A DNA stretch of 62,024 nucleotides from Pseudomonadota bacterium (GTDB lineage Bacteria; Pseudomonadota; Gammaproteobacteria; Burkholderiales; Burkholderiaceae_C). The notes below the pieces were generated by a model. It made no database searches and had not been told where the DNA came from. It worked only from the letters and a program-made list of their open reading frames with translations. The stretch's first letter is position 1. The number at the start of each line of letters is the position of its first letter. The position numbers were made by a program, and so were the translations under genes. Positions 17,939-27,970 of the stretch are shown piece after piece. The stretch covers positions 1 through 62,024 of the forward strand of contig JAKAIB010000002.1 in assembly GCA_021814605.1 (NCBI GenBank), written 5' to 3'.

Positions 17939-19403
17939 TCTTGTCAAACGCCATTAGGGTGAATGTCCGCAGGATGATCCAGAGGTCGAAGGTGAGCGAC
18001 CAGTTGTCGATGTAATGGAAATCAAAGGCGACCCGCCTGCGCAGCTTCTCGTGGGAGTCAACCTCGCCGCGGCAGCCGTTCACCTGGGCCCAGCCGGTGA
18101 TTCCGGGCTTCAGCCGATGCCGCGCCGAGTAGTCGGCGACGACGTCGTGCAGCGGCAGGCCCAGCGCAGTCATCCCGCGCGCGTGCGGGCGCGGGCCGAC
18201 GATCGACATGTCGCCCGCGAGCACGTTGAACAGTTGCGGAAGTTCGTCGATACTGCTGCGCCGCAGGAACCGCCCGACCCGCGTGATGCGGCGGTCCTGG
18301 CGTGATGTCTGCTGCACCGCGTCATCGTCGCGGGCGTGCGCATACATCGTGCGGAACTTCCAGACGCGGAACGGCCGGCCGTTGAAGCCGATGCGGACCT
18401 GGCGGAACATCACCTCGCCGGGACTATCGAGTTTGATCGCGATGGCGACGACGACGAGCAGCGGCAGCACCGCCAGCAGCGCCAGTCCGGCGATCACGAG
18501 GTCCTCGACGCGCTTCATCGCCGCCTGCATGGGGGAAAGCGGGCGGAAGTCGAGGTCGATCGCTGGCAGCACCCCGATCCGATCGACGTTCAGCACCGGC
18601 GCCTGCAGTCCGTCGAGGTCCGGAACCAGCGTGACATCGACCGCGACCCGCGCCAGTCGCCGCAGCAGCGCGTTCGTCTGCTCCATCGCCCCCGCAAACC
18701 GTGCGACAATGATGCGGTCAACGAGGCCGTCGCGGACCATCGCCTCGATCCACTCCGGCGTCACCGCCCCCGCCATGCCCGGCAGAGCCCCGGCGGATAT
18801 GACACGGATATGAAGATTGCTCTCGCGCTCGACCCTGTGCCGGACACGGGCCGCGGCATCCGCCGAGCCGGCGAGGACCAGCGCGCGCTCCAGGCAGTAA
18901 CCACGGCGAAGCAGGCGCGACAGCACGGCGCGCCAGGCCATCCGGCCCACGACGAGCCACGCCAGGACGCTGCCGGCCCAGGCAAAGAACCAAACGCGCG
19001 ACACGTCGGAGGACAACCCAAGGCCGAATCCGGTCAACAGGATCAGGCCGAAGGTCTGCGCCCACGTCACCGCCGCGCGCGACAGCAACCGACGCAGGCC
19101 GCCCGAAAGCGCGTTCCTGCCGTACAGCCCCTGCAGGTGTGCGCTCAGGCTCCAGGCAAGAACGAAGCTGCCGATGCAGCCCCAGATCATCGCCGTCGCG
19201 TGCTCCGTCGGCAGCGCCCGCACCCGCAGGACCGCAATCGCCAGCGCGACCGCCCCGAAGACATCGGCGGCGATCATCGCGACGAGGAAATCATGCAGTG
19301 CAATCTTGCGCGGCATCCCGCCCCCGGCTCCGGCGGCGGCGACGCCGGGCAGCGACTGGCGGGCGACTTCACTCAGGCTTAGGGAATGCGGCGTGGCTAG
19401 CAT
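17928..19403 (-). CDS. Undecaprenyl-phosphate sugar phosphotransferase (priming; WcaJ/GumD/HfsE family)
   Basis: KRVEDL, IKLDSPG, KFRTMY, RITRVGRFLRRSSIDELPQLFNVL.GDMSIVGPRPHA and KPGITGWAQVNG motifs, with N-terminal TM helices. The start may extend to 19529. Confidence 0.95.
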   Translation of the reverse strand: MLATPHSLSLSEVARQSLPGVAAAGAGGGMPRKIALHDFLVAMIAADVFGAVALAIAVLRVRALPTEHATAMIWGCIGSFVLAWSLSAHLQGLYGRNALSGGLRRLLSRAAVTWAQTFGLILLTGFGLGLSSDVSRVWFFAWAGSVLAWLVVGRMAWRAVLSRLLRRGYCLERALVLAGSADAAARVRHRVERESNLHIRVISAGALPGMAGAVTPEWIEAMVRDGLVDRIIVARFAGAMEQTNALLRRLARVAVDVTLVPDLDGLQAPVLNVDRIGVLPAIDLDFRPLSPMQAAMKRVEDLVIAGLALLAVLPLLVVVAIAIKLDSPGEVMFRQVRIGFNGRPFRVWKFRTMYAHARDDDAVQQTSRQDRRITRVGRFLRRSSIDELPQLFNVLAGDMSIVGPRPHARGMTALGLPLHDVVADYSARHRLKPGITGWAQVNGCRGEVDSHEKLRRRVAFDFHYIDNWSLTFDLWIILRTFTLMAFDKNAY

Positions 19404-19830
19404 GCTGCTTCGCCCGACAGACAGGTAAGCGGAAATAACAAGCCTCCCTTCCGCGCCTGCCGACCGCGGGCACGCGACCGAACCAACACTCCAGGCGTGT
19501 GCGGAGGCCGTATCATACCGATTTTGCAATGCACTCGTGTTAGCATGTGTTGCTACTATAGACCTAAATCGAGGACGGCGTCAATCTGTCTATGCAAATG
19601 TCGCGTATGGTAAGTGAATAGGGCCGCATTATCGAGGCGCATGCGGAACATGAATCGTCACGCGGAGCCGCAGCGCATCTCAACGGCGCCTGCGCGCACG
19701 CGATAGCCCAACGATCTTTAAGTCGCAATCAACTTGTATCGGCATCCAATGCCGGTTAGGTTGACCCGTGGTCGGTGTGCCGAGCGTTCGGCGTGTCGCC
19801 GTCCGCAAGCTCCGGAAGACCCGTCTTCGC

Positions 19831-20808
19831 ATGCAGTCGCTTCACACCCGGCCTTCCGATGGCCCTGACCCCGTGACCGCGGAACTCGTGACGCAGGCGC
19901 TGCGGCTCGGGACGGTCAATCCGAGGCCGTTCGTCTCCGTGATCATCCCGCATTACAACGATCTCGATGGGCTGCGCCTCTGCTATACCCGGCTGCTCGC
20001 GCAGACCTGGCCGCGCGCGGCGTTCGAGATTGTGGTGGCCGACAACAATTCCCGCTGCGGCCTGGCCGCGGTGCAGGCGGCCGCCCCGGACGCCGTGGTG
20101 GTGCCGGCGTCGATCCAGGGCGCAGGCCCGGCCCGCAATGCCGCCGTCGCGGCCAGTCGTGGCGCGATCCTGGCCTTCATCGACAGCGACTGCCTGCCTG
20201 AGCCCGACTGGATCAGGGAGGGCGTGGACGCGCTGTCGCGCCACGACTTCGTGGGCGGCACGGTGCTGACGCTGGCGCGCGACCCGGCCCGGCCGAACGC
20301 CGTCGAGGCATTCGAGATCGTCTTCAACTTCAATTTCAAGCGCTACATCGAGCGTGTCGGCTTCTCCGGCACCGGCAACCTGTTCGTCCCGCGCGAGGTT
20401 TTCGATCGCGTTGGCGGGTTTCGTCCGACCGTGGCGGAGGACATGGAGTGGTGCTTTCGCGCGCGCGACTGCGGCTTCCGGATCGGCTATGCCGCGCGCG
20501 CCGTGGTCGGCCACCCGGCCCGGCAGAGCTGGACGGAGCTGAAGCGGCGCTGGGCGCGAATGCTCGCGGAGGACTACAGCTTGGCACTGACGCAGCCGAC
20601 CGGCCGGCTGGCCTTCGCTACGAAGGCGCTGGCGATGCCGCTGTCAGTGGTACCGCACAGCGTGAAGGTCCTCACCTCCGACCGGCTGCCCGACTTGCGG
20701 GCCCGGTTCGCGGCGATCCTGGTCCTACTGCGGCTGCGGTTGTGGCGTACCGGCCGGATGCTGCGGCTCGTCATGCAAAGAGCTGACCGAGCCCCGACGG
20801 TTCCCTGA
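19831..20808 (+). CDS. Glycosyltransferase family 2
   Basis: VSVIIPHYN, IVVADNNS, GPARNAAV, AFIDSDC (DxD) and AEDMEW motifs. Start is uncertain (19768-19831). Confidence 0.92.
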   Translation: MQSLHTRPSDGPDPVTAELVTQALRLGTVNPRPFVSVIIPHYNDLDGLRLCYTRLLAQTWPRAAFEIVVADNNSRCGLAAVQAAAPDAVVVPASIQGAGPARNAAVAASRGAILAFIDSDCLPEPDWIREGVDALSRHDFVGGTVLTLARDPARPNAVEAFEIVFNFNFKRYIERVGFSGTGNLFVPREVFDRVGGFRPTVAEDMEWCFRARDCGFRIGYAARAVVGHPARQSWTELKRRWARMLAEDYSLALTQPTGRLAFATKALAMPLSVVPHSVKVLTSDRLPDLRARFAAILVLLRLRLWRTGRMLRLVMQRADRAPTVP

Positions 20809-20817
20809 TCCGCACCT

Positions 20818-22284
20818 TCAGTCCCCGGGGCCGGCGGGAGCGGCCTGCATCGGGGGCGCGACCTGCATCGTGAGCCGTCCGCGATGGCCGGCAAAGGGCA
20901 ACACGATCCGGCGGTGGATGACCACGGCATCGATACCGATCACGAGCATGCTGGCCACCAGTGCCAGCCCCCGCGCTCCCCACCCGGGGTCAGCGTCAAG
21001 CCATAGTACCAGCGCAGCAAGGGTGACTGCGGCGCACAGCACGGCACCATGGCGCAGCACCGCGTCGATGCGCAGATATCGGCCCAATAGGAAACTCAGG
21101 AGGAGAAACGACAGCAGATCCCCGGTCAGCAGCCCGATCAGTACGGAGTCGAGACTGCGGAACACCAGGGCAAGCAGGAGGCCGATCAGTAAGCCTACGC
21201 CAGCGATCAGATTTCCGCTGGTCAGACGAGCTGTCTGGCTATGCTGCAGCAAGATCACATTCGGCCCGCCGCGACTGAAGCGCACGAACGACACCAGCAT
21301 GGCAAGCGCGGCGAACGTCGTACTCACTTGGTAATGCGGCCCGTAGAAGACAGGGGTGAGCAAGTCGAGCAGCAAGCCTACCGGAACGGCAACCAGCGCC
21401 GCCATGATCATCGTCGCCAGCACGACGATGAGCGATGCCTCCGGCGAAACTGCACCGTTGTGGCCTGATCGGAGCAGGAATGGCGCGGCCAGCTTACCGC
21501 CGATCCGCTGAAGTACCGATGCTGGAATGATCGCGAGGTTTAGCGCGAGCGAGTACTCCGCCAACGTGACCAGGCCAAACATGTTAGACACGATGACCTG
21601 GTCCATCTGCTTGAGGGTGGCGAGGCCCACCCCGTTCACCATCAGCGGCAGACCGAAGCGCATCGCCTCACGACGGACGGCCGGATCGACGCGCGCAACG
21701 CGCGTCGGGCCCGCCAGCAGATGCGAGAGGACTACCGCGACCACCGCCTCCGCGAGCAGGCTGATCAGCATCAAGCGCGCGTCCCGCACCAGTGCGCAGG
21801 CTGGCAGCAGCACCAGCAGGCCGGCGAGTCGGCTGCCGATATTCATGACGGCTTCCGGGCCATAGCGGTAGTCCTGCTGCATCTGCACCACACGCCAACT
21901 GCGGAAGCTTGTGATGAACGGGACCAGGGCCAGCCACGAGACCAAAACGCGCTCCTCCCCGGCACCGAAGGCACGGGCGAGAAGCGGCGCAAACAGCACG
22001 ATCAGCAGGGCCAGGATCGCCGCGCGACCAACCGCCATCTGCCAGGCTGCCGCCACTACTTGCGCCCGCGCCTCCGTGCGGCTGACCATGACGAATTTTT
22101 CGAGACCGATATCGGTGATCATCTCGCAACTCACCAGGATCGAGGCGAGCGCCACCGCCGCGCCGAGATCGTGTGGCGACAACAGATGCGAGAGCGCCAC
22201 CGTCCGCGCGAAGCGCAGCACAAACTCCCCGAGCGACGACAGCGAGGCCGATGACAGCCGCAGGGCATAGCGCTTCAGAGCCAA
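20818..22284 (-). CDS. wzx: Oligosaccharide flippase (Wzx/ExoT-like, MOP family)
   Basis: About 12-14 TM segments. LSHLLSPHDLG, RFGLPL and DQVIVSNMFGLVTLAEYSLA motifs. Confidence 0.85.
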   Translation of the reverse strand: MALKRYALRLSSASLSSLGEFVLRFARTVALSHLLSPHDLGAAVALASILVSCEMITDIGLEKFVMVSRTEARAQVVAAAWQMAVGRAAILALLIVLFAPLLARAFGAGEERVLVSWLALVPFITSFRSWRVVQMQQDYRYGPEAVMNIGSRLAGLLVLLPACALVRDARLMLISLLAEAVVAVVLSHLLAGPTRVARVDPAVRREAMRFGLPLMVNGVGLATLKQMDQVIVSNMFGLVTLAEYSLALNLAIIPASVLQRIGGKLAAPFLLRSGHNGAVSPEASLIVVLATMIMAALVAVPVGLLLDLLTPVFYGPHYQVSTTFAALAMLVSFVRFSRGGPNVILLQHSQTARLTSGNLIAGVGLLIGLLLALVFRSLDSVLIGLLTGDLLSFLLLSFLLGRYLRIDAVLRHGAVLCAAVTLAALVLWLDADPGWGARGLALVASMLVIGIDAVVIHRRIVLPFAGHRGRLTMQVAPPMQAAPAGPGD

Positions 22285-22574
22285 GACTTCGGCTCCATGA
22301 CCGCATATCGCCCCTCTTCAGGGCAGGAAACGACTCGCCAGCAGGCAGGCCAATGGCCGGACAATCCATCAGGGGAGAAATGGTCCATCGATCCTCATTA
22401 GCACTCTCTAACCGATTATCCAACGAAACTGTTGACGATCCGATTTTCGTTTGCCAATCTGCATCATGTGCGGTCCTGAACGGCTCGCCTGCCACGATGG
22501 CGCGCGGCCGCATTGGAGTTGAGACATGGGCGCGCCGGCCACGGGCCGGCATCGGTGGGTGGGGGCAGGGTTCA

Positions 22575-23915
22575 GTGCAGCACGAGACGATCGCGATCCA
22601 TGGTGGCTACGATGTCGATCCCACGACCCATGCCGTCGCCGTCCCGATCTACCAGACCGCCGCCTACGCCTTCGACAGTGCCGAGCACGGGGCGGCGCTG
22701 TTCAACCTCGAGGTCGAGGGGCACCGCTACGGCCGGATCAGCAATCCGACCACCGCGGTACTCGAACGCCGGGTCGCCGAACTTGAGGGCGGGATCGAGG
22801 CGCTCTGCGTCAGCACCGGGCAAGCCGCGCTGCACTATGCCATCGCCAACCTGACCGAGCCGGGCAGCAACATCGTCTCCGTGCCGCAGCTCTACGGCAC
22901 CACGCACACCCTGTTCGCCCATTATCTCCGTCGCCTCGGCATCACCACGCGTTTCGCCGAGAGCGATGCCCCGGCGGCGCTGGAGCGGCTGATCGACGAC
23001 GATACCCGCGCGTTGTACTGCGAGAGTGTCGGCAACCCCGCCGGCAACATGTGCGACATCGAGGCCCTGGCCCGCGCCGCACACCGCCACGGCGTGCCGC
23101 TGGTCGTGGACAACACCGTCGCAACCCCGATCCTGCTGCGCCCAATCGAGCACGGTGCGGACGTCGTCGTGCACTCGCTGACCAAGTTCATGGGCGGCCA
23201 CGGCACCACACTCGGCGGCGCCATCGTCGACTCCGGTCGCTTCGACTGGTCCCGCCACCCGCGCCGCTTCGCGATGTTCAACCAGCCTGACGAGTCCTAT
23301 CACGGTCTGGTCTATACGGAGCATTTTGGCGCGGCCGCGTATATCGCGCGCTGCCGCAGCGTGTACATGCGCGTAACCGGCGCCACCCTCTCGCCGCTCA
23401 GCGCTTTCCTGCTGCTGCAGGGTATCGAGACGGTGGCGCTGCGCGTCGAGCGGCATGTCGAGAACGCGCGCAAGGTCGCCACTTTCCTGCGCCGCGACCC
23501 GCGCGTGGCCTGGGTCAACTATGTGGGCTTCCCCGACAACCCGTATCACGCGCTGGCACAGAAATATCTCGGCGGCCGCGCCTGCTCGCTGATCACTTTC
23601 GGCGCGCGCGGCGGCTACGACGCGGCGGTGCGCTTCTATGACGCGCTCAAGCTGGTCAAGCGGCTGGTCAATCTGGGCGACGCGAAGTCGCTCGCCTGCC
23701 ATCCGGCGTCCACGACGCACCGGCAGATGACGCCGGAGGAACAGACAAAAGCCGGCGTCACGCCCGAGATGATCCGCCTGAGCGTCGGCATCGAACATAT
23801 CGACGACATCATCGCCGATCTTGACCAGGCGCTCGGCCCGACCGGGCACGTCACGACGGCGCGGACAGCGGTGCCGGAGATGGCCGATGCACTCCAGGAG
23901 GGGCGACGTGGCTGA
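22575..23915 (+). CDS. metY: O-acylhomoserine aminocarboxypropyltransferase/sulfhydrylase
   Basis: [39 protein letters not shown] (PLP Lys), [17 protein letters not shown] and IRLSVGIE motifs. GTG start at 22575. Confidence 0.93.
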   Translation: MQHETIAIHGGYDVDPTTHAVAVPIYQTAAYAFDSAEHGAALFNLEVEGHRYGRISNPTTAVLERRVAELEGGIEALCVSTGQAALHYAIANLTEPGSNIVSVPQLYGTTHTLFAHYLRRLGITTRFAESDAPAALERLIDDDTRALYCESVGNPAGNMCDIEALARAAHRHGVPLVVDNTVATPILLRPIEHGADVVVHSLTKFMGGHGTTLGGAIVDSGRFDWSRHPRRFAMFNQPDESYHGLVYTEHFGAAAYIARCRSVYMRVTGATLSPLSAFLLLQGIETVALRVERHVENARKVATFLRRDPRVAWVNYVGFPDNPYHALAQKYLGGRACSLITFGARGGYDAAVRFYDALKLVKRLVNLGDAKSLACHPASTTHRQMTPEEQTKAGVTPEMIRLSVGIEHIDDIIADLDQALGPTGHVTTARTAVPEMADALQEGRRG

Positions 23916-24927
23916 CTTGCCGGCTGAGACACAAGCGGGTCCGCGCAGCGGCAGAGTATCCCCCTCACTCGTCATCGGGCTGGTCAACAGCATGCCTGGC
24001 GAGGCGCTGGAACACACCGAACGCCAGTTCCGCGGAATCCTCGGCGCCGCAGCGCGCAACGTCAGCGTGCGCATCCGGCTGTTCTCGCTTGACCCGCCCA
24101 CACAGGCGGCCGCTTCGCGCTACGAGCATGCGGCGGCGATCGACCCCGACGACATCGACGGCCTGATCGTCACCGGCATGCCGCCGCGCGCGGCGTCGCT
24201 GCACGACGAGCCATGCTGGAAGGCGCTTACGGCCCTGGTCGATCTCGCGGCGGAGCGCGGCATTCCCACCGTCTGGTCGTGCCTCGCCGCACATGCGGCG
24301 GTGCTCTACCTTGACGGCATCGAACGTCGCCCGCTGGGTGAGAAGCTCTCCGGCCTCTATGCCTGCACGCGCACGCGCGACGATCATCCGATGCTCGCGC
24401 GCCTGCCGCGTCGCTGGCGCGTGCCGCACTCGCGCTACAATGAGCTCTCCGCCGATGCCCTGACCGCGTGTGGCTACGACATCCTGTCGTCCTCGCCCGA
24501 GGCCGGTGTGGACCTGTTCGCCCGGCGCGCCGGCGCGCTGTTCCTGTTCTGCCAGGGCCATCCCGAATACGACGCGGCCGCCCTGCTGCGCGAATACCGC
24601 CGCGACGTGCGGCAGTTCCTCATCGGCGCGCGCGAGAGCTACCCGGCCATGCCGCACGGCTATTTCAGCCCCGGCGTGTCGGAATCGCTCGCGGCGTTCC
24701 GCGCCGAGGCGCTGCGCGCCCGCGCGCCCGAGACGATGACGCACTTCCCGTTTGCCGTCTGCGAGGCCGATCTCGCGCATTCCTGGCGGAATCTGGCGCA
24801 TGGCCTCTATGCCAACTGGCTGGCCTACCTGCTCGCGGGGCGGACGCGAAGCGGCGCGGCCCTGGCCGATGCGGCTATGCGGCGCGCGTCCGCAGATCCT
24901 GCGGCCGCAGCGATACCATCCGCCTGA
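23908..24927 (+). CDS. metA: Homoserine O-acyltransferase (MetA/HTS family, atypical)
   Basis: VNSMP..TERQF, DGLIVTG, WSCLAAHAA (catalytic Cys), PHSRYN, QGHPEYD and EYRRD motifs. GTG start overlaps the end of metY. Confidence 0.85.
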   Translation: MADLPAETQAGPRSGRVSPSLVIGLVNSMPGEALEHTERQFRGILGAAARNVSVRIRLFSLDPPTQAAASRYEHAAAIDPDDIDGLIVTGMPPRAASLHDEPCWKALTALVDLAAERGIPTVWSCLAAHAAVLYLDGIERRPLGEKLSGLYACTRTRDDHPMLARLPRRWRVPHSRYNELSADALTACGYDILSSSPEAGVDLFARRAGALFLFCQGHPEYDAAALLREYRRDVRQFLIGARESYPAMPHGYFSPGVSESLAAFRAEALRARAPETMTHFPFAVCEADLAHSWRNLAHGLYANWLAYLLAGRTRSGAALADAAMRRASADPAAAAIPSA

Positions 24928-26023
24928 ACTCCAGCCGGTCGGTCAGCTCGGGATAGGCGGACTGCCCGCCGAACGACCACAGCAGCCAGCCGAACTCGTA
25001 GCTGCGCATCTCCTGCGTCAGGCACAGCGTCGCCGGGTCGGTGGTCCAGGCGTTCGCGCCGGTGCCGGCGACGAGGGAAGCGCGCAGCAGACGGCCGATG
25101 CGCCGGCCCTGCACGCCACGCCGCGCCTGCGACCGATGGATCAGCGACAGCGCCGGTACCAGCATCGAGGTCCGCATCTGGTTGGCACCGAAGATCCACT
25201 CGAAGCCGCGCAGCATCGCCGCGCGCGCGCCGGGCACGCCGTGACGGATGGCATGATGCAAGAAGGCCGGCGCCATGCCGTGCTGATGCACCGAATAGAC
25301 CTCGTACGCCTCGATGACGCGGTCCGCGGCGGGCAGGTAAAACCAGGGCCATTCGCCAAGCGGCCCCTGCAACGCGATCAGCTTCGCCGCGATCGCGTTC
25401 GCCGCGGCGATCGAGCGCGCATCGCCGGCGAGTTCGCCGTGATGATACAGCGCCAGCGCGGCATAGACCTGGGTGGCGAAGGTCGCGAAATGCCGCCGCG
25501 GCCCCTGCGTCGCGTCGCGGAACAGGGCATGCGGGCCGCTGAAGCGGTCCAGCAGCACCCGGCTCAGCTTCTCCGCCAGCGGACGCCAGGACGGGTCGCG
25601 GCGAGCCTGCGCGGCGACCCCCGACAACGACAGGCCAGCGTCCTGCGCTGTCCAGCGCACGGCGGGCTCGATATCGGCGGCGAGCACGCGCAGCCGGTCG
25701 GCGACCGCGCCGGGAACATCGAGATCCAGTTCCGCCGCGGCCCACAGCGCCATGCCCGGCGCCCCGTTGCGCACGCTGTGCCGTGGCAGCGCGTCGCACA
25801 GCGCGGCAAACAGTGCCGCCACATCGTACGGTTCGCCGGCCAGCTCCGCCCGCACCGTGCTCAGGCCGAGCAGGACATTCAGCGAGTAGTAGAGATCGCT
25901 GTGCGGCACCGACTCGTTTTCCGGCTGACGTCCGTCGAGGTGGTATTTGTGCGACCACATGCCGCGCTCGGGCATCCAGCAGCGTCGCAGTCCGGCGAGG
26001 GCATAGGCGCTCAGGGGTGTCAT
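24875..26023 (-). CDS. Hypothetical alpha/alpha-barrel-like protein in the EPS cluster
   Basis: 382 aa with high-GC codon usage and conserved-looking motifs (FATFATQVY, LQGPLGEWPWFY, YEVYSVHQHGMAP, EMRSYEFGWLL). Overlaps the metA 3' end convergently by 53 bp. Confidence 0.6.
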   Translation of the reverse strand: MTPLSAYALAGLRRCWMPERGMWSHKYHLDGRQPENESVPHSDLYYSLNVLLGLSTVRAELAGEPYDVAALFAALCDALPRHSVRNGAPGMALWAAAELDLDVPGAVADRLRVLAADIEPAVRWTAQDAGLSLSGVAAQARRDPSWRPLAEKLSRVLLDRFSGPHALFRDATQGPRRHFATFATQVYAALALYHHGELAGDARSIAAANAIAAKLIALQGPLGEWPWFYLPAADRVIEAYEVYSVHQHGMAPAFLHHAIRHGVPGARAAMLRGFEWIFGANQMRTSMLVPALSLIHRSQARRGVQGRRIGRLLRASLVAGTGANAWTTDPATLCLTQEMRSYEFGWLLWSFGGQSAYPELTDRLEFRRMVSLRPQDLRTRAA

Positions 26024-26155
26024 GTTGTCGCGACCTCACGCTCTGCCGACCCGATCGGATCGGATGTTGCAATTAACCCGACAATGGGTGCGTAATCAAG
26101 ACATCTTCGTACCCGACACGGCTTGCCCGCAGCAACCCTCGAACGGCAACACGCA

Positions 26156-27964
26156 ATGATGGATGGCCCGCCGAAGTCCGCCCCGCCCGCCGGCGCCGGC
26201 AGCGACGCGCTCCGCGCCTGGACCCGCGCGCTCGCGCGCGTGGCCCCTTTCGCCAGGGGCGAGGGCGCCCCCTTCCCCACCCTGCTGCCCGAACTCGCGA
26301 CACGGTTCGCGACGCGGCCGGCGCTGCTGTCGGACGGCGTCGCACTCAGCTACCGCGATCTCGCCGGGCGCGCCGGCCGTTATGCCGACTGGGCGGTGCG
26401 GGAGGGCGTCGGTGCGGGCGACGTGGTCTGCCTGCTGCTGGCCAACTGTCCCGACTACGTCGCGATCTGGCTCGGCATCACGTCAGTGCGCGGCGTGGTC
26501 GCGCTGCTCAACACCAACCTCGCGGGCGACGCGCTCGCGCACGCGATCGCCGCCGTCGCGCCGACGCACATCATCGTCGGCGACGGCTTCGCCACCCGCA
26601 TCACCACCATCCGCGACCGGCTGCCGACCGACTTGCAATGCTGGACCCACGGCTCCGACGCCGCCGGCCCACGCATCGACCAGGTCATCGGCTCGCTGCC
26701 CCCTGCCCCGGCCGCGGCGATTGCGGCACGCGCGCCCGCGCTCGGCGACACCGCGCTCTACATCTATACCTCCGGCACCACCGGCCTGCCGAAAGCCGCC
26801 CGCGTCAGCCACCGCCGCGTCATGGAATGGAGCTGCTGGTTCGCCGGCATGATCGACACGCAGCCGGACGACCGGATGTACAACTGCCTGCCGCTCTATC
26901 ACAGCGTCGGCGGCATCGTCGCGGTCGGCGCCATGCTGGTCGGCGGCGGCTCGGTGCTGATCCGGCCGAAATTCTCCGCCAGCCGTTTCTGGGACGAGGT
27001 GACGGAGCACGGCTGCACGGTGTTCCAGTATATCGGCGAGCTGTGCCGCTATCTGCTCGCCACCCCGCCGCACCCGCGCGAGACCGCGCACCGGCTGCGG
27101 CTGGCCTGCGGCAACGGGCTGCGCGGCGATGTGTGGGAAGCCTTCCAGGAGCGTTTCCGCATCCCGCGCATCCTGGAGTTCTATGCGTCCACCGAGGGCA
27201 ATCTCTCGCTCTACAACTGCACCGGCCGGCCGGGCGCGATCGGACACATCCCGGCCTTTCTCGCACATCGCTTTCCCGTCGCGCTCATCCGCTGCGACGC
27301 CGAGAGCGGCGCGCCGCTGCGCGGTGCCGACGGGCTATGCATCGCCTGCGGCCCCGACGAGGCCGGCGAGGCGCTCGGCCGGATCGGCGCGGCCGGCGGG
27401 CACGGCCGCCCGTTCGAGGGCTACACCGACGACGCCGCGTCGGAGGCGAAGATCCTGCGCGACGTGCTCGCCCCCGGCGACGCCTGGTTCCGCACCGGCG
27501 ACCTGATGCGCCGCGATGCCGCCGGCTTCTACTATTTCGTCGATCGTCTCGGCGACACTTTCCGCTGGAAAGGCGAGAACGTCGCGACCGAAGAGGTTGC
27601 CCAGGCGCTGCGCCGCTGCCCCGGCGTGACCGACGCCGTGGTCTATGGCGTCGCCATTCCCGGCATGGAAGGGCGCGCGGGGATGGCCGCGATCACGGTC
27701 GCGGACGGCTTCGACCTGCCGACACTGCACCATCACGTCGCGACGCACCTGCCGGACTACGCCCGCCCGCTGTTCCTGCGCCTCTGTCGCGCCATCGACA
27801 TCACCGGCACGTTCAAGCCGATGACGGCGGCGTTGGCGCGCGAGGGATTTGATCCACACGGCGTCGGCGACGCGCTCCATTTCGATGACCGCGCGCGCGG
27901 CGCCTTCGTCCCGCTGGATGCCACGCTGCACGCACGCATCTGCAACGCTGAACTGAAGCTGTAA
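26156..27964 (+). CDS. Long-chain acyl-CoA synthetase (FATP/VLACS type)
   Basis: YIYTSGTTGLPKAA, LPLYHS, FQYIGELCRYLL, EFYASTEG and WFRTGDL..FVDRLGDTFRWKGENV motifs. Confidence 0.93.
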   Translation: MMDGPPKSAPPAGAGSDALRAWTRALARVAPFARGEGAPFPTLLPELATRFATRPALLSDGVALSYRDLAGRAGRYADWAVREGVGAGDVVCLLLANCPDYVAIWLGITSVRGVVALLNTNLAGDALAHAIAAVAPTHIIVGDGFATRITTIRDRLPTDLQCWTHGSDAAGPRIDQVIGSLPPAPAAAIAARAPALGDTALYIYTSGTTGLPKAARVSHRRVMEWSCWFAGMIDTQPDDRMYNCLPLYHSVGGIVAVGAMLVGGGSVLIRPKFSASRFWDEVTEHGCTVFQYIGELCRYLLATPPHPRETAHRLRLACGNGLRGDVWEAFQERFRIPRILEFYASTEGNLSLYNCTGRPGAIGHIPAFLAHRFPVALIRCDAESGAPLRGADGLCIACGPDEAGEALGRIGAAGGHGRPFEGYTDDAASEAKILRDVLAPGDAWFRTGDLMRRDAAGFYYFVDRLGDTFRWKGENVATEEVAQALRRCPGVTDAVVYGVAIPGMEGRAGMAAITVADGFDLPTLHHHVATHLPDYARPLFLRLCRAIDITGTFKPMTAALAREGFDPHGVGDALHFDDRARGAFVPLDATLHARICNAELKL

Positions 27965-27970
27965 CGTCAG

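Noticed and set aside
19541-19555. Palindrome TAGCA-N5-TGCTA in the divergent priming-GT/GT2 promoter region
   Set aside because: The arms are only 5 bp and no second copy was noticed, so it is too weak to call an operator.
22290-22574. SAM-II/SAM-SAH riboswitch upstream of metY
   Set aside because: No recognisable consensus by eye, only a weak AACGAAA/TTTCGTT inverted repeat. An Infernal scan would settle it.
22173-22574. N-terminal extensions of ORF-track calls (metY, mccB, ANL enzyme, SIS protein, sdhE, aa:CP ligase)
   Set aside because: The extensions overlap neighbouring genes and lack homology-like sequence. Downstream starts with an RBS or stop-start coupling fit better.
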